A stretch of DNA of 62,740 bases, counting the filler, from Basidioascus undulatus (lineage: Eukaryota), in assembly GCA_000826855.1 (NCBI GenBank). It is 5 parts of 5 records of this genome, joined end to end, with 100 filler letters (N's around TTAATTAATTAA, not from the genome) between each part and the next. Parts side by side here need not be neighbours in the genome. Positions count along the whole stretch, not along the records: positions 50,284 to 62,740 come from JTLS01000907.1; 4 more parts are not named here. One strand, given 5' to 3'. The notes beneath the pieces were generated by a model. It was given only the letters and a program-made list of their open reading frames with translations, did not search any database and was not told the DNA's origin. Both the position numbers and the translations under genes were made by a program. Below, piece after piece: positions 50,184 through 62,740 of the stretch. Within the stretch, counting starts at the first letter, position 1. Every line of letters starts with the position of its first letter.

Positions 50184-50283
50184 NNNNNNNNNNNNNNNNN
50201 NNNNNNNNNNNNNNNNNNNNNNNNNNNTTAATTAATTAANNNNNNNNNNNNNNNNNNNNNNNNNNNNNNNNNNNNNNNNNNNN
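50184..50283. other. Artificial contig linker
   Basis: N44-TTAATTAATTAA-N44. Confidence 0.98.
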
Positions 50284-50399
50284 CAGCAAAGTCGGGGTCC
50301 GGCACATTGACCTCCCCCGAGAGATTGCCGAGCTCGACAATGCGGGAAAACACTTCCCGCTCGCGTTTCAGCCCCTCATTGTGGAATTGCGGCCGCTCG

Positions 50400-52618
50400 G
50401 CCGCGACGATCGAGCGCATCCACCCGCCGTTCTGGTGGGATGATAAGGTGGGCTTGTCGCCGCATCAGCCTTCCAAGGAACGTTAGACTGATAGTTCCTT
50501 TTCGCCCAGGCCATCCTCGGCGCATTCGACAACGTCCTGCGCTCGCGCGTATGCTGCCTCTGTCCCGCGCCCCTACGCCCGTGATGCTGAGATGGTTGGG
50601 GGACACGCAGACCAAGAAGCCGTCGCTCATCAAGCGCCTCACGCACCCGGGCGAGCGCAAGCCGCCCTCACTCACGCAGGGCGAGAAGCTCGCACAGGCG
50701 GCGATCCGCCGGCGCGCGACGCAGTTTGTCGACTCAAGGGACGAGCTGGAGACCAAGTGCGTCTCCATCACCTCCGCCTTCCCCTCTGCTTCTCCGAAAT
50801 GATTAATGGAATTGACTGGATTGGATGTGCACCGCAGGATCGGCCGCCTCAACCGCCGACTTGCGTTCCTCGTCGCCGAGAGCGACAGGTGGAAGCACCG
50901 CTTTGAGCAGTTCGAGAACTACGCTGAGCGTCTAAGCGTGCGTCGATGCTTAGGTATGAGATAAAGGGCGGCTATGGCTGACTTGCATGAGGTTGGGACG
51001 GGACGTCAGGCCGAGGCGACCGAACTCCGGAACAAGATCGAGAAGGAGCGCCGCGAGTCGCGCAGGCTCTCCGGCATGATCTTGCAGCAGACCAAGGCGC
51101 GCGACAGCCTCGTCGAGCGTGCGTTCTTTCTGTGGGGGTCGTTAGAGAGATAGAGAGCTGATGAGGGACGTTGTTCTGGGCACGGCTGCAGAGCTCCGCC
51201 GGACCGAGGCGCTCCGCGAGAATGCACTCAACGAGCTCGGCTCCATGCAGAGCAAGCTCGAGGATCTCGAGAAGGAGCGCGAGGAGTACGTTTCATCGCT
51301 TGCTGCTAACGTCGACGGCAAGGACTGACGCTCGCCTTGGTGATCCAGCATGATTTCGCACATCCAAGGTCACCTGAGCGAGGCGCTCATCCAGCTCGAC
51401 ACCGTCTCCGCCTCGGGCAACCTCTCCTCCCGCGCCGACTCGCCCATGTCGATGCACTCCTCCCGCTCGCGCGACAGCTCGTACTCGTCCATCCTGCCCA
51501 ACAGCGACCCGACGAGCTCATCGGCTGGGCGCGACCGCAGCGAGAGTATCACGTCCATCCCGGAAGACGCGGCTGGCGAGCAGGAGTCGCTCGCCGCGGA
51601 GGACTCGCCGCGGTCGTCGATGGTCTCGGCGTCCGCGTACGCGCGCCCCATCTCCTTCGAGGGCAGCGTCGACTTTGAGCGCTTCCGCATCAACCCGGAC
51701 GTGCAGAGCACCATGACCGCCATCCAAGCCAAGCTCGAGTCGGCGCTCGCCGAGCTCGAGATGCGCAGGCGCCAGTCGACCGAGAGCTCGCGCGTCGGCA
51801 TCGCGCTCGACGGCGAGCCGGACGCGGCGAACCTCGAGGACGTCCGCATGTCGGTGGAGCAAGACCGGCTCGCCGAGGCGCAGGCGCAAGCGGCCCCGCC
51901 CGGACAGGACAAGTCCAAGCACCGCGGCCGCTCGCCGTCCACCACTTCGCTCAGCGGCGTCTCGACCAGCGGCACCGCGACCCCCCGTGCGCCGATCGCT
52001 TACCACAAGTCCGCCGCGCCTGTTCCTGCTGAACCGCTCCCGCCTACGCCAGACGAGCAAAAGTACGCGCGTAACAACAAGACGCGCTCGGTGCACGCGC
52101 CCGCGCGGTACAGCGGCATCGGGCACCACTCGCGCCACTCTTCCTCCACCACCTCCCCTGCGCAGCACCAGCACCAGCAGCCGCGGACGTCGACCGAGGC
52201 CGACGCGCCGCTGCGCGACCCGCGCTCGTCGCCCATCCCGATCCGCTCGCGCCGCACGAGCGCAGGCACGTCCGAGGACGACTCGGCGCAGTACGTCTCC
52301 GCCGCGGGCTCACCGACATCCCAGCGCTCCATGACGTTCGGCCCTGGCCCCGGAAACGGCAGCGGCGTCGAGGAATCTGACTCGTCCTCCAACTTCCCCC
52401 GCAACCCCAAGCGCGAGACGTTCGGCATCCCGCCTGTGCTGGTCGGCTACGGCGACGAGGACGCCCCGGACGCAAACACCGATGACGACACCGTCCGCAT
52501 CGAGACGCTCCGCCAGCTCGAGGGCGCTTACGACCAGGCCCACAAGCGCGCGGGCAGCGCAGGAAAGGTCTCGTCCCGCTCCGGCGGAGGCAGTCGCTCG
52601 CGCGGCACTCGCGAATAA
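50400..52618 (+). CDS. Coiled-coil protein with a long disordered Ser/Pro-rich C-terminus, 5' truncated (unknown family)
   Basis: Spliced exons IHPPFWWDDK / AILGAFDNVLRSR / TKKPSLIKR...ELETK / AESDRWKHRFEQFENYAERLS / AEATELRNKIEKERRESRRLS and a final exon of about 420 codons with strong GC3 bias. Confidence 0.75.
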
Positions 52619-54119
52619 TTTCCCATCGACTTTAATCTCTCGTCTTTCCTACTGCCCTCATTTTGGGCTCTACCTGTCATTACTCTTCGTCTCTCTTGCC
52701 TCTTTGATTCCCTCGGCTCCCCATGCCCCCAAGTCATCGCGCTCACTAATCTACCCTACTAACCTCATGTAGTCGTTCTCAACTGCGTCTCTATGCACTC
52801 CCACCATCGTCACTCGCTTTACTATTCTTCACTCCCATTCATACCCCCAACTTCACTCTGTTGACCCTGTTGATATCCTCCGTCGTTACATCTTGATACC
52901 ATCGGCCATTCAATCACATTCTTGTCTGCTGTTTCAATGTTAGCATGGGAAGCGCCTTGGCTGATTGCACCCCTCGACTTCCTTTCCGGCTGGCATTACA
53001 AACGCGGACGCACCTGCGGGCCGGTACAAACTCGAAGCGAAGTGTACGCCCGCGCATTACCCGCAAAGCTGTTGGGTAGTGGACTGTGCCTTACCGTTGC
53101 AGCCAAGGCACGACAGCTCGAGGGCGTTTCCCTGCCTGCCAAGCGTCCTCGGCAGCATGCTCGCTCGCTCACCTCCGAAAGTGTGCTCGTCGTGTTGCTC
53201 GGAGCGGCCCGGCGTACTTCCGGTCTCGACCTAATCCACTCTTTTGCACTCCCAATGCCCTCTCAATCGCCGGCGAGCGCTTCCAAGACTTCGAGAACCG
53301 CCCACGTGCACCCCCGTGCTCGACCACAGTGACGACGATGGCACCTTGGCATTGCAGACTGGCATGGTACAGCAAGGTACAGTCGCTGCTGTGTCCTGAA
53401 GTCACCCCCCTAGACGTGCTTTATTGATTTATTTTAAAAAATTCTGAATCATAACTTGCACTGTCGGTTGAAAGCATGCAGAGTCCATTGTCCCCGCGCC
53501 TGCTGTCTGCGGAGTGATCTGCGATGCAGCTGTGATTGCCCTGCAAATGTCGCTCACGCTGGTGTCTAATAGTTTGTGTCTTCTCAGGAGCAATTCAAGG
53601 AGTTTCTCAAACATCGTCAAAGGAAACCTTCCCTTGCTAGACGTCTTGTCCTCCTCATTGTGATAGACCTGCCCAGATCCTCGGCCACGTCTCGGGCCTT
53701 CACGCGGTCATTGCTAGCCTCTCCTCAGTGAAGTTGTCTGGTTTGTCTGCGGTTGTTTTCCCTTTACCTTGCCTGCGGGACATCTCATACTGATCGCTGC
53801 GTGGAGGCGCCACTGCATGCGCCCAGGGCTGGGTTTTTCTGCGCTCGACGCGGCTCGCGCTCGAAATGGGTCGACTCTCTCCCCGAACAGCTGGGTGTAT
53901 AGGCGTCGCAGCAACTGCCTAAAACTGCACTATACAGCCAAGTCCGGTAGACTAACTTACTTCACGTCGCCCATGTGAACAACTGGTCGTCCCTGGCCCT
54001 GGTGTGGGACTCGAAAGGTACAAAAGCTGTCAGGCCCCTCATCGGGGCTCCAAACTAACGGTGTTGCCCCGCACTCCGCACTTTTGGGCACATAATCAGA
54101 ACGACGGCGTCAATCCGAC

Positions 54120-55877
54120 ATGCACTCCCTCAACATGAATGACACGAAAGACAACAAGACCCACATCGAGGTCTACAAGCACGTTCCTACTCTCGAAAGC
54201 GCCGGCCACAATGAGGCCGAGAAGATCGCCGTCACAAAGGAAAAAGTACGTAAATGTAGTTTTTTGCACCCCATGGCGGTAAGAGTACCCATAACCAGCT
54301 CCATCTTCACAGTCAGCGATGGTTCCGAGGCGAAGACCAACCCAGCGGAGATCGCACTCGTGCGCAAGCTCGACCGCTGTTTCCTCCCCATGCTTTGGTG
54401 TGTTCTCTTTGTGCTACTCTGATTGGTGTGCAGCGGGGAGATCCTTATGTGAATGTTTTGCAGGTTCATCTACATCATGAAGTAAGTCGTCCGTCCGGCT
54501 TTTTCACACTTGCAAACGACCGAGTATTTCACTCTGCACGTCCGAAGCTATTTGGATCGGTGAGAAGACCAGTTTTCCCCTTGGTCGAACCGTGACTGAG
54601 GAACTCTTCCCAGTAACAACATTGCGCAGACTCGTCTTAACACTCTCGAGACGGATCTCAACCTCACTGGTGAGCAGCCAGTGCCGGCCTCACGAGCTCA
54701 CCTCCATCCTATTTGAAGTCTGACGCCGGTCTGACGGTAACTTGCAGGCAGCCAATACAATACGTACGGTTCTTTCCATAAATTCAAATTCATACTCCTT
54801 TCTAACATATCGAAGTGTTTGTCCACCAGCGCCGTTGCCATCCTTTTTGTTGGCTACGTGTCTATGCAACTCCCGTCCAACATGCTTCTGAGCCGCGTTC
54901 GACCCTCTCGCTGTACGTTTCACCGCCTTTCGAGTTATTCGAGTGGATACTGATTCATCATCCGTAGACATCCCCGCCTGTGTCATCCTCTGGTCCTGCA
55001 TCTCGGCTGCGACGGGCGCAGTGCAGAATTTCTCAGGCCTAGTCGCCTTGCGGTTCCTGCTCGGTATCGCAGAGGTATGTCAGATTTCATCTCAGATAGG
55101 GTGATCTCACTGTTCACTGTTCTCCTTGCTGTCCAGGCCCCCTTCTACCCAGGCGCGCTGTTCCTGCTCTCAGTATGGTACAAGCGCAACGAGCTGGCAC
55201 TGCGAATGGCCATTCGTAGGTCATTTTTGCCCAACTCGGAGGATTATGAATCCTGATATCACTCGATCTGTTAAGTTTACATGGGGCTAGTCCTCGCTAC
55301 GGCCTTCTCGGGCCTGTTTGCGGCGGCCATCTTCGAGCTGGACATGGTCGCAGGCATTCCTGGTTGGCGATGGCTGTGCGTAGGACACTTCCCCTCCTCT
55401 CACAATACTCTCTTACAAGCTTATCTTCATAGCTTCATTCTAGAGGTGCGGTTAAAAATTCTTCACATAGGCTCGCCTGCTGGGTTAACTATGCTGATTC
55501 GCCTTCCAGGGCTCATTTTCCGTCCTTGTCGGCATCCTGGCCATCTTTGTCCTCCCAGACTACGTAACTCGTCTTTGTTTGGTTCCTCGGCATATTCTTT
55601 TCTCTAACCCCTACTTCTGCAGCCGGAGAACACCACTTGGCTCACCGAGGCCGAGAGAAAGCTGGCGTCAGAGCGCCTGGAAGCAGACAACGTCTCGGAC
55701 CAGGAGTCAAACAACTCCCTCATGTTTGGCGTAAAGCAGGCCGTCAAGGACCCGCGATGCGTCCGATCGTCTGTCGTTGAGTTTTGGGTCCGTGTGCTCA
55801 CTATGTGTGACGCCCGTAGCACATTCATATTTGCGTTCATGCAGCTCATGAACAACAGCTCGAGCTCCTTCAACCAG
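54120..55877 (+). pseudogene. MFS transporter of the anion:cation symporter (Dal5/Tna1-like) family, N-terminal half only
   Basis: LVRKLDRCFLPMLW / FIYIMN / YLDR / NNIAQTRL / GSQYNT / GYVSMQLPSNMLL / LRFLLGIAE / APFYPG...WYKRNELALRMAI / GWRWL / FILE / LPDYP...WLTEAER. Coding similarity stops after about TM7. Confidence 0.8.
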
Positions 55878-56130
55878 GTGACGCTGGCCCTTACTTAGCC
55901 TGTTGCTGTCAGGCTGAGCGTGACGCTGGCCTGAATGAAGTTCCCAGAGCGTACGATGCACATTGGTCAATCAATCAGTTGCACCCTCCAGTAGGACGAC
56001 GCACCAGCCGGCTACGGTACTCCCGGCAGAGAAGGCACATCAGACGTGCAATGTCGGTTCGCAGCAGCTTGTTGGCTGGTCGGGGCTACTGATGCGAAAG
56101 CATAAAAATGGGGGAAACTGCAAAAGAAAT

Positions 56131-56215
56131 TGGCCACTGCAGGGGTCGAACCTGCGACTTTGGAGTCTCAACTCGTTTATTAGCTCCACACTCTAACCAA
56201 CTGAGTTAAGCGGCC
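56131..56215 (-). tRNA. tRNA-Ile(AAT) with an 11-nt canonical intron (56167-56177)
   Basis: GGCCGCT-TA-ACTC-AGTTGGTTA-GAGT-G-TGGAG-CT-AAT-A-[AACGAGTTGAG]-A-CTCCA-AAGTC-GCAGG-TTCGACC-CCTGC-AGTGGCC-A, followed by T-runs. Confidence 0.95.
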
Positions 56216-56973
56216 GTGGTGTGCTGAATTACTTAAAATAATTCATGGCGGTTCGCCAGGCTCTGCCCCGTGCATTCCAGCACATCCGTTCATATTCCCT
56301 GAGCCTTTCCCACATCTTAGCGATTCCAAACTTATATCACCAGTCCTGTATAAGAAAATTTTAGTTGTTTGGTCCGGCTAGGGCCAGACGTGACGGACCG
56401 CATGGGACGCTGAGCTGAACAGGGATAGTATGTATCTTGCCGAGCTGCATGCTGTGCTAGGGTGGTTTTCCCCGGCCTCTCCATAGAGGCTATTACGCCA
56501 AGATAGTTCAAGGGGAAGGCGTACTATCGGCCGGGTTGTTGTGGGTTCGGAGATGCGGCGGTTCAACGTGAGGCAGGCCGGCTCGAAGGAGTACGAGAGC
56601 TTCATGCTCGTCGGGAAGGCCAAGTGGTCGCAGAACATTTTCACTCATGAGCGCGGAGCATTGTGTGTGGTCAAGATGCGGCACTGCAAAGGTGAAGCTC
56701 AACGATATGGTAGGGCGAGCCAAGTCTCATTCAGCTGCTCCATTCCAAAGAGCAGTGGAGTCCCTTGAGTGGACCTGGAGCTCATTCCGAGATTCGTCAT
56801 CTTGTCGTTCTGTCATATGCTTTGGCTTGTATGTGACCCCTTTGGGTATGTAAGGTGGGAGACAAAGGCAGACATCCGCACATGGCCAAGTCAACGTGAA
56901 TCTCATTATTTTGGGTATCATTAACATTACAGTCGTAACTCGTCTGACGACCAAGCATCGTTTCCGAGGTATC

Positions 56974-59297
56974 TCATCCGATAACCCTCATTGCACCCCA
57001 GTAACCCTGCCTCCAGCCATCTTCGTACTCCCACGTGCTCTGGCTGTTTCCCTTCTCCCGGATGTGGTGCGCGAGGACCGAGAAAAGCCAGCGCTGTTCG
57101 TAGCCCATCTCCGTGCGGGCCTTGGCCTTGTCGTTCCCAAAGTAGGCGAAGATGATGGCGTCGTCCCAGCCGCGCTCGTAGCCATCGGTGAAGCGCCAGT
57201 GCTCGCGGGGCGTCGGCGGGGGATGCGATTGCCAATAAGCTGTGTGCTGTTCTGTAGATGGGGTTCGACCTTGAGTAAAGATTGGAGTCTCGGAACAAAG
57301 AACTGAGCCTACCGAGGGCTTTGTGCAGCTCCGTGTTGCGCACCTCCCACGTCGGTCTCTCCTTCGTGGGCTGCCCTACGACGCCGCCAACCCAGTCGGG
57401 CATCACGTCCGCTTCCACGGCTTCCATGTAAGACCAACCAGAGTCCGCGTCTCCGGGCTTCTTCTTGAGTGACCAGAAGAACTTTCAAATATTGGAACGT
57501 CAACGTTAGCTGAGCTCGGTGATCGTGAGGAAAAGCCCCTCACCTGCGAAGCGGTTGTCTGTTCCAGCATCCTATGGACACGGTGTATGAATTCCTGGGT
57601 GTCACATTACCGAAGTAGACGAAAAACGTACTCGAGTTCAGCGCGACCCCACAGTCGCCGAAGCTCGTTCCAGTCGCCCGGCATGCTTGCGGGATCGAGT
57701 GCAGCGCTCTGCAGAGCCCAAGTGTTCAACTTGGAAGACTTGCCCCGCTCGCGAGAGTGATACTTACCCATTCTCCGACCATGAAGCTCCCACGGCTCTT
57801 TGTTTGACCGTCACGCATCATCCAGAGGTACTCCGCTTTGCAACGACCAGCATGTTCATACGCCGTGGCAGCGCGGTCCTGCCAAGCAGAATCAGTCTCT
57901 GACCTGGAGCAAGGCAACCCTCGTAATGACAAGTACCTCGGCTGTGTAGCATCTCTGATCATGCCAGGTATATTCTCAGCCAATTTACCCACCTGGTGCT
58001 CAAGAACGGACTCACGTAGAAATGATGGTCGCATACGACGAAGTCCTCCCGGCGACCCACCAACTGGCTGTACCACTGTGGGATGCGAGACAAGCCAGAG
58101 TGAGATCCTGCTCCTCCCTGGACATCTGTTGGAGGCTTTAAGATATGCATACGTTCAGATCCCATGTATCGTGAATCACGATCGGGAATTCGGGGGGAAC
58201 GATGTTGCGGAGGTCATCGATCGTGCGCTCGTACCACGCCTGCAGGCCCCTGTTGTTGACCGGCTCGTTCAGGATCTCAAGCCCGACAACGTTGGGCGTG
58301 TCCTATAGACTCTCTTCAGCCAGACTTCTCAAGAGTGTCTTGATCTACTCACCTTGAACGTGGTCGCGATGTGACGCAGACATTGGGACATGACCTCCTC
58401 GTTCCGCATGTTTCCGAGGAAGTTCGGCTCGGGGGCGGACGTGCCAGAGTGGGCATCGCGGTTCTGCTTTCCAGGCGCGGCGTGGAGATCTGTAATCAGA
58501 AAGTCAGGTATGGTCACCGCGTTTATGGAAGGACTGACCGATGAGAACGCCCAGGCTGTACTTCTCAGCGAGGGCGACAAACGCAACGATGCGGTCCCAT
58601 GCGCCTTCGAACGGGGCACCGAGACCCTCAAAGCTGCAAAAGCGATCTTGTTAGCCCCAGATCACGGCAGTAGTTTCAGCTGGCCGCACTCGGTACGCCG
58701 GAGGTAGTCGTCTCCAAGCGGCTTGTAAAGATGATAGTAGCCCAACTGTGCTCGCAGCGTCAGTTTTACTTTCAAGCAGAGCATTGACGAAAAAAAACTG
58801 CCGCCAATGCTCACCGGAAGCCGGACAGTGTTGAAGCCCCTATCCACGATCCAAATGAGGTCCTGCTCCGTGATCCACGAATCCCAGTGCTTCTCCAGGA
58901 TCTCCTTGGCATTCTCGCCTTTCGCTACATCTACAGGCCTAATCCTGTCAGTTCTCTCTGTAGAAGTGCGCTCGGAATAGCCCAGCATGATAACGTACCG
59001 TGGTCCGACTGCCCCGGCGCAGCAGCCTGGCTGTACGGCCTGTCGTCCATCCATTTCTCCTGCTCGGGCGATGTACCTCAGTCGAAGGTGCGCACGTAAA
59101 GAAATGATCAGGAAAGTAAGACGCACGAGCACGAACCACGCGCCGAGGTTGATTCCGCGCTGCTTGCGGTACCGATAGACGTCCTTGTCCGTCAGCGGCT
59201 GGGATGGGACCGCGAGGGCTTTGAGGTCCTTCGCGTCCGCGGTCTTGCGCCGAAAGTGCCCGCGAAAGTCGGCGGACATGCGCTTGATGGCTTTCAT
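56974..59297 (-). CDS. Glycoside hydrolase family 5, cytosolic glucan 1,3-beta-glucosidase-like (YBR056W-type), multi-exon
   Basis: VYRYRKQRGINLGAWFVL/EKW, LEKHWDSWITEQD...GFNTVRLP/LGYYH, DLHAAPGKQNRDAHSG, VVGLEILNEP (acid/base Glu), VVCDHHFY, MVGEW (nucleophile Glu) and a C-terminus WEYEDGWRQG...VIG*. No signal peptide. Confidence 0.9.
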
Positions 59298-60012
59298 AGT
59301 GGCAGCAGGACGGCGGGGGGGTGGGGGAGAGGGGTCGTGAGCGAGCGTCGGGGACGATCACCCGGCGGTACTTATGCGCCCTGCCCTGGTAGCACAAATC
59401 GTAGGTATGCATCCATCGCGGCCCCGGCCAAGCACCGAAGTGTGCATCACGATTGGCGATTGCAACGAGCAGGGGCTCGTGCGACGCGCTTCTGTAGCGC
59501 AGCCTGCCTGCCGGTTAGGCTCACAGCAGCAGCAGCCCACCTTGCGTTCTCGACTCACGAGGTGCAAGAGGGTCCGCTTCGAACCCCTATCTGCCGAGCA
59601 ACGCTCGCAATATCCCGAGGGGGCGAGGGCCGCAGTATTCCCATCTCATGGTCCATGTCCTGCAAAATGAAACCCCTTGAGCAAATCAACCCTCTCGCCG
59701 CGAGGGGGAATGCGCCTTGCAGACAGGGGCTCTTCACAGCTCTTCACCCGCCACTGGCACGCCGTTAGACTTATCTGAGCAGGCACACCCTTGCTCGGCA
59801 GACGGACGTCCTCATCGCGTTTCTTGACGCCAAGATGCCCCGCAGCCGTTGCAGGCACAAACTGGCAACGCACCCAGCACACGCTCATCAAAGCCAAGCA
59901 AAGAAACTCTCCGGGAGAGCGCACTTTTTGTTTTCGTGTTCTCCTCGCCCCCATCCGCAATTAAGCACAGGCCTAAATAATTTTTTTGGCTTCAGGTTCA
60001 AGAGCGTTCCAT

Positions 60013-62550
60013 TCAGTCCTCCGAGACGTCGCCGTACCTGAGTAACAGGGGCGAAGTACAGTCAGCTCAATCTGTCTCTGCCCGCCGAAAAGAATGAAAG
60101 CCAGCAACGCACTCGTACGCGCCCGCACGCGTCGACTTGGCAACATCTAGCGCCGTCTGGAGCGCCTGGCCCATCTTGGGGTAAGCAGCGGCGTCTGTGC
60201 CATGATCCCGGCGTCAGTGCTTGCATTATGGGAAAGAAGAAGGGGAAGGGGAAACAAGAAGAACAACGCACAGCGCGACTTCCTGTCGATTGTGGCGAGG
60301 CCGTCGGCGACAAGGTCGACGTTGATGCAGTGCTCGGGCGAGATGGCGCTCCGCGGGTCGGCGGGGTCTATCAGCCGGAGGTGGAGCTGGTTGCCCTCGC
60401 GCTGGTCGATGCGGCCGATGAGCTTGCGGCCCTGCGAGTCGGATGTAAAAACAGCATCAGCGACCCTAAATAAGTGCGGAGACGAGGGAGAATCGACCAC
60501 GCACCTCGCACAGCTGGCGGAAGCGGTCGATCGCCTCAGGGCCGTACTCGGAGTCGGGCGGAAGGAGATTGACGAAGCTGCACGGCGGCGTTAGCACGGC
60601 ATCTACAAGCGCGCACGGAGGTATGTCCCTTACCTGAGCGTGGCGTCCTGCGCCTGGGCGGGGAGCGCCTTGAACTTGGAGTCGAGCGGGCGGATCTTGC
60701 TGAACGGGACGGTCTCTTGGTTGCCCTATCAATCCCAACCTCAATCAAATCAGTCTCGCTTGACCTTCCTCAATGCCCCTCCGCGAACGAAGAAGGCGGA
60801 GCGCGGGTTGGGTACGAGGAAGTAAAATAGAAAAGCGCACGCACATAGTCGATGAACGTCACCTCCGCCTCCTTCTTGATCGGGCTCGCGCGGCGCACGC
60901 GCGCGCGGTACCACGCGCCGTCCTGCGAAAAGATGGCCGACACGAGCTCTCCGGCGCGGGGGGTGAAGCCGGGTGCGGAGGATGCGGTGCGGTGGTGGAT
61001 CGAGAAGTCGTTCATCAGCCTGGCCACCTCCCCGGAGTCAGCATGTCACTCCACCCCTCCCGCTCTTGCCTTCGTGAGCAGAAAACGCACTTCTCGAGCT
61101 GCTGGATGCCTGTGCAACCGCCCGAAAGAATGAGTTCGGTGGTGAGAAGAGAGAGAGAGGGAGAGGAGGGAGGGCAGGGAGAACGCACCGTCGCTGTTGA
61201 GGACCTGGACGGAGAAGGCGAAGTTGGGGGTGGTGCGTACGTCCGAGACGATGAGATCGACGAGCTCGCTCGCGAGTGCGCCGGCCGAGCCGTTCGCGTC
61301 GGTCTCGGCCGCAGCCGCCTGAGCCGCCTCCGCCTCCGCATCGTAGTCCTTCCAGATCTGTCCTCCCACCCTCCATATCAGCCTCCCACCCTCCCCTCCC
61401 CGCTGACAGTCCAGCTCCAGCTCCGACTCACGTTCTTCTCCTCCCGCTTTGCAGCCTCCTCCGCGTCGAACAGCTGCTTGCCGAAGCTGAGGCCCTCGGC
61501 CGAGTACGCGTGCACGGTGCCGAGGCCCTCGCGCACGAGCGAGACGGCAAAGTTCTCGGAGCCGTTGACGAAGAGCGTGCCGATGAAACCCCCCGCGCGG
61601 TCGACGCCGTCGAACAAGACCTCCACGTCGCGCTGCAGCAGCCGCCGCGTCGTGTAGTCCAGCGCCTCCTGCCCGTACGGCTCGGACTTTTCGGACGGGT
61701 TGCGCGCGGTGCGTGGGGCGCGGATGCCTGGCGGCGTCCACTCTTTGTCAGTCTCGCATATCGTCGAGGGGAAGGAGGAAGGAGATAAACGGGGAAGGGT
61801 AAAAACGGGAACGGGAGGTACAGGGGAAGTACAAGGGCGGGGGTTGGGGGAGGTAGGAAGGTAGAGGGGGAGGGGGTTGCACGAAAGGGGAGAGAAAACA
61901 GGATCGAGCACCCACCAGAAAGCACGAAAGTGCACCTCTGCCCCTCCCTCGGGATGAACAGCTTGAACCTCGAGCCCGCCGCGACAAAGTCGACGACGGC
62001 GGGGACGCGCCCGGTGCGCTTGAGCGAGGGGAGGAACTGTGCGGCCTTGGTTCCGGTCTGTCCCACCACCGAATCTCAGTAACCGGAGAAGGAAGAAAGG
62101 TGGGCGGAGGGGGTGAAGATAGCGCTCACCTCGGATGCGTCTCCAATCCGCGGGAGGGGCACCTCCTTGCCAGAGTGCACGCCCTTCGCCTCCGCCGCGG
62201 CGCGCTGCTCGGCCGCCATCAACTGTTTTCCTCCCCCAAACATCAGCTTCCTCTCTTTCCTCTTTCCTCTGTCTTCTTCGCTCTTCCCCCTCGTCCTCCA
62301 CAAAGCCCCAGAGCGACGAGGGAAACTGCGCGGGAAAAGGGACTGGAACGCACAGCGTCGAACTCCCCGCTCCTGCTCTCATCATCCCTCCGGTGGCGGA
62401 TCACAGTCGCCAAGCCGCGCTCAACGAGAAGCTCGCCGATGTTGGCCTGGCTGCCGCCAAAGCGGACGGTCGCGGCCTCGCGCTCGTCGTACCCGTCCTC
62501 GGCGGGGCGGATGTAGTCCACGGTGATGGTGACTTTCTTGCCGATCAACC
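60013..62550 (-). CDS. SND1: Tudor staphylococcal nuclease (Tudor-SN/Snd1), 5' part outside the window
   Basis: [15 protein letters not shown]...[58 protein letters not shown], Tudor motif [12 protein letters not shown]...VTFIDYGNQE and end YEYGDVSED*. Confidence 0.95.
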
Positions 62551-62740
62551 TGGGGGCGAGAGAACGGGTAGGGGGAGGGGGACGAGAGGGCCGGGGGGGC
62601 AAAGACCGGGGCAGTGAGGGTGGGAGCGCGGTGCGAGCGGAGTAGGAAGAAAGGAATGAAAAGGTAGGGGCGGGGACGGAGGGCGAGGGGAGGAGCGGGA
62701 GGAGGCCTTCCTGCGCACACCGAAGGGATCGGGATAGGCT

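Noticed and set aside
2145..56215. All tRNAs in the window could have A34 (ACG, AAG, AAT) and TAD2 is present
   Set aside because: They lie on different, unlinked contigs, and A34 isoacceptors are among the most common tRNA genes.

Overview
Intron-rich, GC-rich eukaryotic DNA, most consistent with a basidiomycete fungus (possibly Pucciniomycotina; this is inference). The window is not one locus. It is five contigs of 12478, 12477, 12468, 12460 and 12457 bp, in descending length order, joined by artificial 100-bp N44-TTAATTAATTAA-N44 linkers. Recognisable spliced genes are a MetR/Cys3-type bZIP factor, TAD2, MED10, RCE1, eIF2B-delta, a 3-ketoacyl-CoA thiolase, a flavin amine oxidase, a Gap1/Sar1-type RasGAP, TMS1/Serinc, PalA/RIM20, an F-box protein, an indoleamine 2,3-dioxygenase, a GH5 glucanase and Tudor-SN. 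There are also tRNA-Leu(AAG), intron-containing tRNA-Ile(AAT) and several decayed genes (PL9 pectate lyase, SET domain, F-box, half an MFS transporter, a tyrosine-recombinase fragment). The standout feature is at about 2138-2260 (minus strand): a circularly permuted tRNA gene. Its 3' half lies upstream of its 5' half with a 1-nt spacer, all four stems pair, an A-box-like motif sits in the leader ahead of the B box, and a T6 Pol III terminator follows. I know this architecture from some algae and one archaeon but not from fungi. Gene boundaries were read by eye and no database search was run.
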